Shown here piece after piece: positions 32,441 through 37,666 of a DNA stretch of 38,397 bases. Position numbers and translations under genes: made by a program. The notes under the pieces are model-generated. The model made no database searches, was not told where the DNA came from, and was given only the letters and a program-made list of their open reading frames with translations. Origin of the DNA: a virus; IMG/VR virus record IMGVR_UViG_3300010357_000254, positions 1 to 38,397 of that record. The stretch is one strand, 5' to 3'. Positions within the stretch are counted from its first letter, which is position 1; each line of letters starts with the position of its first letter.

Positions 32441-33006
32441 AATTTCCCCCATTGGTCTGCCATCGCCTGCGCAATTCCTGCGTAGGTCCGGCTGCGTTTT
32501 TTCCATCTGTCGGCGGTCTGCGGCATCCGATGGATTGCCGCCGACCTGCCTTCAACTATCTTCGTCGGCGTCAGCTTCGGAAGCCCCTTGAGCCACAAAC
32601 ACGTTGCTTTTGTCTCGCCGTGTCCGAACTGCCACGGCTGGATGATCTGGTCAGGGCGACGAATCGCCGTGCTTATGATCGATACCGGGTTCTCGACTGC
32701 GATTCGCTCGACTGGCGCATCCATCAGCGAGCGGACAAAATCAAGCGCGGCCTGCTGCCTTCCGTCCCTGCGCTTTTCGTTAAAGTGGCGCGCCCCGCTC
32801 ACGGCCAGATGCGTGCATGGCGGATGCGCAATCATCAAATCCCACTGCTGCAAATAAGCCATCTCGACAGCATCCGCACGCACATGGAACGGGCTGCCAT
32901 CTTCTGAGTCCTCGAACAGATCGCACGACCAAGCATCATGCCCAGCGTTGCGAAACGCCTGGCGGACGCGCCCGGAGAATTCGCAAGCAACCAAGACGCG
33001 CATCAT
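32437..33006 (-). CDS. Short C5-cytosine-methyltransferase-like protein
   Basis: 189 aa with VLVACEFSG (motif I-like), AHPPCTHLAVSG (PC motif IV) and AVENPV (ENV motif VI). Too short to hold a normal target-recognition domain. Confidence 0.6.
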   Translation of the reverse strand: MMRVLVACEFSGRVRQAFRNAGHDAWSCDLFEDSEDGSPFHVRADAVEMAYLQQWDLMIAHPPCTHLAVSGARHFNEKRRDGRQQAALDFVRSLMDAPVERIAVENPVSIISTAIRRPDQIIQPWQFGHGETKATCLWLKGLPKLTPTKIVEGRSAAIHRMPQTADRWKKRSRTYAGIAQAMADQWGKL

Positions 33007-33209
33007 GCAGCCCCTTTCCGACGCGACTCCGACAAGCCCGGATTGCCGTCGGCAACCCTGACCACTACTCTGGCTTCATGCAGCTTCTTTTCCGCCCACT
33101 CGTCAAGCAGGCTGTTGATAAACGCGGTACGGCACCTGCCAGTGGCCGAGCAATACCCATCCAAGACAGCGCACGTCTCTTGCTTAGCCTCGAATCTGAT
33201 CTCTGGCAT
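33003..33209 (-). CDS. Small putative ribbon-helix-helix protein
   Basis: MPEIRFEAKQETCAVLDGYCSATGRCRTAFINSLLDEW has a strand-helix-helix pattern. First gene after the terminator. Confidence 0.4.
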   Translation of the reverse strand: MPEIRFEAKQETCAVLDGYCSATGRCRTAFINSLLDEWAEKKLHEARVVVRVADGNPGLSESRRKGAA

Positions 33210-33214
33210 GGCTA

Positions 33215-33247
33215 CAGAAAAAGAAAAGCCGACCCCGAGAGGCCGGC
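33215..33247 (-). terminator. Rho-independent terminator after the first three leftward genes
   Basis: Minus strand reads GCCGGCC-tctcgg-GGTCGGC (one mismatch) followed by TTTTCTTTTTCT. Lies in the 82-nt gap 33210-33291. Confidence 0.5.
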
Positions 33248-33291
33248 AAAGGCCCGCGCGACCAGACGGGAAACGCGGGCACAGGAGGAAA

Positions 33292-33387
33292 TCATGACAA
33301 CAGCCAGTTCAGCAGGTATGCCGCAAAGATGGCGGCTGCTGCGGCTGCGAACGCGGGAACGAGCGGCTGCTGGTGGTTGGTGCTCAT
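33292..33387 (-). CDS. Possible 31-aa hydrophobic peptide
   Basis: Own translation: MSTNHQQPLVPAFAAAAAAIFAAYLLNWLLS. ATGA overlap with the upstream stop. Confidence 0.35.
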   Translation of the reverse strand: MSTNHQQPLVPAFAAAAAAIFAAYLLNWLLS

Positions 33388-33704
33388 GCGGCCACCTGCC
33401 GACAGAACACGCACAGCGGGTCCGCCTTGACTTTTTTTTCATCCTCGATTACCGACAGCCAATCGGTATCTTCGTGCATCGTGCGGTTGCACTCAGGGCA
33501 CTGCCAGACGATCTGCAGTCGCCCGTCCTCTACTTCGAGGCGCCCGCGCAGATCAGCGCCGGCAATGCCAACATCGCCGTGCGGGACATCGCATTCCGGG
33601 CAGGTCGCGCATGCGGTGCCTCGAGCAACGGGTCTGCCAAGACCGTCCCGGTCTGGTTGTCCTGCGTACTGCATGCAGGATGCGCGACGGAAGGCGGTGA
33701 TCAT
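33384..33704 (-). CDS. Zinc-finger protein
   Basis: Contains CATCPEC, CPEC and CVFC pairs. ATGA overlap with the cro-like gene. Confidence 0.6.
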   Translation of the reverse strand: MITAFRRASCMQYAGQPDRDGLGRPVARGTACATCPECDVPHGDVGIAGADLRGRLEVEDGRLQIVWQCPECNRTMHEDTDWLSVIEDEKKVKADPLCVFCRQVAA

Positions 33705-33931
33705 GCGGCAACCCGCTCGCTGGAGTTCCGCAGCACGGCCCAGTCCACATCAGGCCGGATGTCCTCGCAGCGAACGGCGCCTTTGGTGGCGCGCTCGATA
33801 GATGGGCAATGCGCTGCCGGCACGTTCCCGCGCAGCGTCCAGTTGCAAACCGTTTGCACGGACCTTCCGATAGACCTTGCCAAAGCAGCCGGGCCGCCGG
33901 AGATTTCAATTGCTCGTGTAAGTGCGTTCAT
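33701..33931 (-). CDS. Cro/YdaS-like HTH regulator
   Basis: MNALTRAIEISGGPAALARSIGRSVQTVCNWTLRGNVPAAHCPSIERATKGAVRCEDIRPDVDW is the YdaS/Cro-like (DUF1019-type) pattern. ATG 33931 has no SD and lies 6 nt after a -10 hexamer. Confidence 0.8.
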   Translation of the reverse strand: MNALTRAIEISGGPAALARSIGRSVQTVCNWTLRGNVPAAHCPSIERATKGAVRCEDIRPDVDWAVLRNSSERVAA

Positions 33932-33937
33932 GAGCCA

Positions 33938-33967
33938 ATGATACACACGTGGGGATTGAAAAGTCAA
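33938..33967 (-). promoter_or_regulatory. Leftward early promoter (TTGACT-N18-TATCAT)
   Basis: Minus strand reads CACGTG-TTGACT-tttcaatcc-CCACGTGTG-TATCAT-tggctc-ATG. Confidence 0.55.
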
Positions 33968-34144
33968 CACGTGGGATAGGCGGGCACAACGTTCGGGAGC
34001 CACGTGATAGCAGTATCAGCGCGGGCCGTGACCGCCAACAAATAGCGCCACTTTCCGCAGATTCCGCGCCAGTGTTCCGCGTTTCGCACTCGCGGAATTT
34101 TTTTGTGCCTACGCTCCCCACGTGTTGACAATCCTCAACACGTG
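33946..34144. promoter_or_regulatory. Five CACGTG-core operator-like sites
   Basis: CACGTG at 33946, 33968, 34001, 34119 and 34139. Extended consensus is about (C/A)AACACGTG(G/T)G. Confidence 0.55.
34061..34104 (+). terminator. Plus-strand intrinsic terminator with no obvious upstream gene
   Basis: ATTCCGCG-cc-AGTG...CACT-CGCGGAAT followed by seven T (34098-34104). Confidence 0.6.
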
Positions 34145-34152
34145 TGTAGAAT
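34125..34152 (+). promoter_or_regulatory. Rightward early promoter (TTGACA-N16-TAGAAT)
   Basis: CACGTG-TTGACA-atcctcaa-CACGTGTG-TAGAAT. Confidence 0.6.
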
Positions 34153-34469
34153 ACATCCATCGGTTCCCAGTGCATCCCACCCGACTCCCGGCCCCGGCGG
34201 TTTGAGCCTTGCCCGTCCGGACACAAGGCTAAGGGCACGACATCACCCTGGCCTGCTGCGGAACCGAGACTCGCAAGCCGCTTCACGCGCAGCCCCGCCG
34301 AGCTGTACCGCCAACAGAAGAGCGTTGTGCCGTGCATAAGAGAAGGCGAGGCGGCTTCCGAGTCACTGGCCACCGCGATCGACGGCGGATATCAGGTCGA
34401 GCAACTAAGGAAGCTGGCGCTGGGGCGGGAATCCCGGCCAGTGACACCACATCAACCAAGGAGGAAAAG

Positions 34470-34595
34470 ATGCTGGAGTACGTTTTTTTGGTGCTGTCCG
34501 TTCCGGCAGCGTTGCTGATCGCTCAGTGCATCGGCGCAATGAGCGACGAAGAAGAGGCGGACCACGACGTGTGGCGCGCTCGGTGGCGGAGATGA
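34470..34595 (+). CDS. Small membrane protein (41 aa)
   Basis: aaggagg SD 5 nt upstream of ATG 34470. MLEYVFLVLSVPAALLIAQCIGAM is hydrophobic. Confidence 0.5.
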   Translation: MLEYVFLVLSVPAALLIAQCIGAMSDEEEADHDVWRARWRR

Positions 34596-34858
34596 AGGCC
34601 ATGAATGAGCGCGCCATTGAAGTGCTGCGCGCCATCGTCGCAGAGGCCGCAGGACACGAACCGGCGTTCAGCGCCGACTCATATTTGCCTCCGCATCTGA
34701 TCCACGATGCGAGGAAGGTGATTGATGATCACGAGCGTTTCCACGAGCAGGCCATCGCTCGCCGTCAGCAGGAAGCAACAGAAGTTCAGCCGGAGAAAGC
34801 GTACCGGCTTGAGCACGGCATCAGGATTGCCGAAGACCATTATCTGGGGTGCCGCTGA
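34592..34858 (+). CDS. Hypothetical protein
   Basis: ATGA overlap at 34592-34595. 88 aa. Confidence 0.55.
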   Translation: MKAMNERAIEVLRAIVAEAAGHEPAFSADSYLPPHLIHDARKVIDDHERFHEQAIARRQQEATEVQPEKAYRLEHGIRIAEDHYLGCR

Positions 34859-34989
34859 TGAATCCGCCGCTAGCCCTGCTGGTAATCATTCTGGCGTTCG
34901 GCGTAGTCGGGCGCATTGACTACGAGTGCGCTCAGATGTCTGCGCACCCAGCAACCACTTACGCGAGCACCCACAATGCAAGCAAATAA
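34858..34989 (+). CDS. Possible small membrane protein (43 aa)
   Basis: TGATG overlap. MNPPLALLVIILAFGVVGRI is hydrophobic. Below the track cutoff. Confidence 0.4.
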   Translation: MNPPLALLVIILAFGVVGRIDYECAQMSAHPATTYASTHNASK

Positions 34990-35227
34990 GTTCACCGAAT
35001 TCGGCGTCGGAGACGCGCCGACCTGGCCAGCCTACGCCAGCCACCCGCTTGACCCGCGCGCGCCAATGGACGACGACGAGGACCCAACGCTCGATGTCAT
35101 CAGCGACGTCCGCAGCTTCCTGGCCACGGCGGAAGTAGCCGCCAGCAAGGGAGACCTGGCCAAAGCCCGTCAGGCACTGATCGAGGCGCGCCTGTCGTTG
35201 GAAGAGCTTGTCGGGGTGGAGCAATGA
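34976..35227 (+). CDS. Hypothetical acidic protein
   Basis: ATG 34976. ATGA overlap with the exonuclease gene. Confidence 0.5.
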   Translation: MQANKFTEFGVGDAPTWPAYASHPLDPRAPMDDDEDPTLDVISDVRSFLATAEVAASKGDLAKARQALIEARLSLEELVGVEQ

Positions 35228-36150
35228 CCCAACACGACCGCACAGCATTCATTGGCGGCAGCGACGTTTCCGCCATCCTTGGCGTATCGCCATGGAAAAG
35301 CCCCTTCCAACTCTATCAAGAGAAGATCGGAGACTTCTTCGAGGAAGTTACCAAATCCAAGCAAAGGCTGTTTGATCGCGGCCACCGCTGGGAGCCGGTT
35401 GTTGTCGAGATGCTCGTCGACGAACTGCTGGACCGCGGGCACGACGTGCAGATCATCGACCGCAACGCGCGATACCAGGACCCCGAATTCCCGTTCCTTG
35501 CCTGCGAGCTTGACTTGGAACTGCTCATCGACGGCGAGGAGCACAACGCGGAAATCAAGACCGTCAGCCCGTTCGCCGCCAAGGACTGGGGAGAGCAGGA
35601 CACAGACGAGATCCCGCTCTACTACGCCGCCCAGGTCATGCACGGCCTGATGGTCAAGCCGCGCAAGCGGGCCATCGTAGCGGCTTTGATTGGCGTCGAC
35701 GACCTGCGCCTGCATCAGATCGAGCGAGACGAGGAAACCATCGCCGCCATACGGGCAAAGGAGGTTGAATTCTGGCGCCGGGTTCAGGAGCGCGACGCGC
35801 CGGAGCCGACAACGGCCGGTGACGTGAAATGGCTCTACGCCAGGGATGGCGGGATTGTCATGGAGGCGGACGAAGAACTGGTCCGGCTGTGCGAAGAGAT
35901 AAGGCAGGGAAAGGACATCGCAAAGCAATGTGACGCGCGAATCGAGACGCTATCCACGAGCCTCAAGTGCGCCATGGGCCACGCCTCGACGCTGGTTTAT
36001 CAGGGGCAGAGGCTGGCCACGTGGAAGAGCAACAAGGATTCCGTCAAGACGGACTGGCAGGCCGCATACCTGGACCTCGGGCCAACCAATGAGCACACCA
36101 AGAAGTTCACCAAAACGGTGGCCGGAGCCCGGCCGCTACTCATCAAGTGA
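35224..36150 (+). CDS. YqaJ-type (lambda Exo-like) recombination exonuclease
   Basis: RTAFIGGSDVSAILGVSPWKSPFQLYQEKIG N-terminus plus ELDLE and NAEIKT catalytic-type motifs, next to recT. Confidence 0.85.
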   Translation: MTQHDRTAFIGGSDVSAILGVSPWKSPFQLYQEKIGDFFEEVTKSKQRLFDRGHRWEPVVVEMLVDELLDRGHDVQIIDRNARYQDPEFPFLACELDLELLIDGEEHNAEIKTVSPFAAKDWGEQDTDEIPLYYAAQVMHGLMVKPRKRAIVAALIGVDDLRLHQIERDEETIAAIRAKEVEFWRRVQERDAPEPTTAGDVKWLYARDGGIVMEADEELVRLCEEIRQGKDIAKQCDARIETLSTSLKCAMGHASTLVYQGQRLATWKSNKDSVKTDWQAAYLDLGPTNEHTKKFTKTVAGARPLLIK

Positions 36151-36680
36151 TGGGCGCGACCATGTGGGCATCTATTTATGGATTCGTTGGAAAGTACGAA
36201 GTCAGCAACGAAGGTTTGGTGCGCAACGCTCAAACGCTGCGCGTGCTCAAACCAAAGACTGCTGGTGCTGGCTATCAGCAAGTCTGTCTAGGCGCCGGCA
36301 ATTATCGCTATGTCCATCGCTTGGTAGCACAGACATTCATCGAGAATCCACTTGGATTGCCACAGGTTAATCACCTAGATGGGGATAAGAAAAACAACTC
36401 TGATTCCAATCTCTCCTGGTGTAGTGCAAGAGAAAACTCAATGCACGCCTACAACTCCGGTCTCCTAGACGGAACCATATGCAAGAACCCGCAGCGCGGC
36501 GGTTTTCATTACCGAGCGCGCCCCGTCGTGATGTTGAGCGACAGCGGTCATATACAGGTCACGTATCACACGATCAGCAGCGCCGCCAACGAAACCGGGA
36601 TTGACTACTCGACGATTCACGGAGCGTTGCATGGGAAGTTTAAACAGGCCGGCGGATGGCGCTGGCAATTTGCCAACTAG
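36150..36680 (+). CDS. HNH homing endonuclease (NUMOD4 + HNH_3)
   Basis: IYGFVGKYEVSNEGLVRN and VHRLVAQTFIENPLGLPQVNHLDGDKKNNSDSNLSWCSARENSMHA. Lower GC. TGATG overlap with exo (the track start at 36147 is a GTG). Confidence 0.85.
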   Translation: MGATMWASIYGFVGKYEVSNEGLVRNAQTLRVLKPKTAGAGYQQVCLGAGNYRYVHRLVAQTFIENPLGLPQVNHLDGDKKNNSDSNLSWCSARENSMHAYNSGLLDGTICKNPQRGGFHYRARPVVMLSDSGHIQVTYHTISSAANETGIDYSTIHGALHGKFKQAGGWRWQFAN

Positions 36681-36694
36681 AGGAATTGATAATC

Positions 36695-37663
36695 ATGACT
36701 ACAGCAGATCTCAAATCGGTTGCTACCGGAGAAAAAAAGCAGTCTCCAGTCGCGGCATTCAGCAACTTCATGGACAAACTCAAGCCGCAGATGGCGCTTG
36801 CCCTGCCGAAGCACCTGACCGCAGACCGCATGACGCGCCTCGCCTTGACCGCATTCAGCACCAGCGAGCCCTTGCAGCGCTGCACGACGAAGAGCATCGC
36901 CGCCAGCATCATGACCGCCGGCCAGCTTGGCCTTGAGCCCGGAGTGAATGGGGCTGGCTTCCTCGTCCCCTACGGAACGACCTGCACGTTTGTTCCTGGC
37001 TGGAAGGGTCTTGTCGACCTGGTGTCTCGCAGTGGTCGTGGAACGGCGTTCACCGGCGTGATCTTCAAGGATCAGGAATACACCTTCATTGACGGCGCGA
37101 AGCGAGACCTGATCATCCACAACGAAACCGACCTGGACGACCCGGAAGACATCACCCATGCCTACGCAATCGGATGGGTGAAAGACGCGACGATGCCCAT
37201 CATCGAACTGTGGCGCGTCAGCAAGATCAAGAAGCACCGCGACAAGTACAACAAACAAGGCCAGAAGCATTACAGCTTCCGCGATTGGGAGATGTACGCC
37301 CGCAAAGTTCCGTTGCTGCAAGTCATCAAGTACATGCCGTGCAGCATCGAGGTCGCCAATGCTGTAGCCCTGTCGGAAGCCGCCGACCGCGGGCGCGGGG
37401 CAGTGATCGAGGGCGGGTTCGTGGTCGAGGAAGACGCTCCAGAAGGAGTCGACAAGCAAACCGGCGAAATCCCCCCGCAACTCGACCACAAGCAACCCGT
37501 CACCATCCCGCAGCAGTCCGCCCAGACAGCCGCCGCCGACCAGTGGCGCCCCGACCCCGAAGAAGAAGCCGCCATCCGCGCAGCAGAGCTTGCCGAGTCG
37601 CAGCGTGCCGCACAGCCAGCACCGCGCCAGCGCCGTGAGCGCGGCGGGCTTGGGCTGGAGTAA
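36695..37663 (+). CDS. recT: RecT single-strand annealing protein
   Basis: FSNFMDKLKPQMALALPKHLTADRMTRLALTAFSTSEPLQRCTTKSIAASIMTAGQLGLEPG is the RecT family signature region. gaggaa SD upstream. Confidence 0.85.
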   Translation: MTTADLKSVATGEKKQSPVAAFSNFMDKLKPQMALALPKHLTADRMTRLALTAFSTSEPLQRCTTKSIAASIMTAGQLGLEPGVNGAGFLVPYGTTCTFVPGWKGLVDLVSRSGRGTAFTGVIFKDQEYTFIDGAKRDLIIHNETDLDDPEDITHAYAIGWVKDATMPIIELWRVSKIKKHRDKYNKQGQKHYSFRDWEMYARKVPLLQVIKYMPCSIEVANAVALSEAADRGRGAVIEGGFVVEEDAPEGVDKQTGEIPPQLDHKQPVTIPQQSAQTAAADQWRPDPEEEAAIRAAELAESQRAAQPAPRQRRERGGLGLE

Positions 37664-37666
37664 TCG

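Noticed and set aside
33906-34373. 155-aa minus-strand ORF and 78-aa plus-strand ORF (34103-34339) spanning the control region, as possible repressor genes.
   Set aside because: Both run through the promoters, operators and terminator. Their composition is implausible (R/S/C/G-rich or R/P-rich), and they have no HTH or start context.
34327-34595. Longer upstream starts for the first rightward gene (34332 ATG, 34327 GTG).
   Set aside because: The upstream parts are R-rich or frame-ambiguous and lack an SD, whereas ATG 34470 has a perfect aaggagg at the correct spacing.
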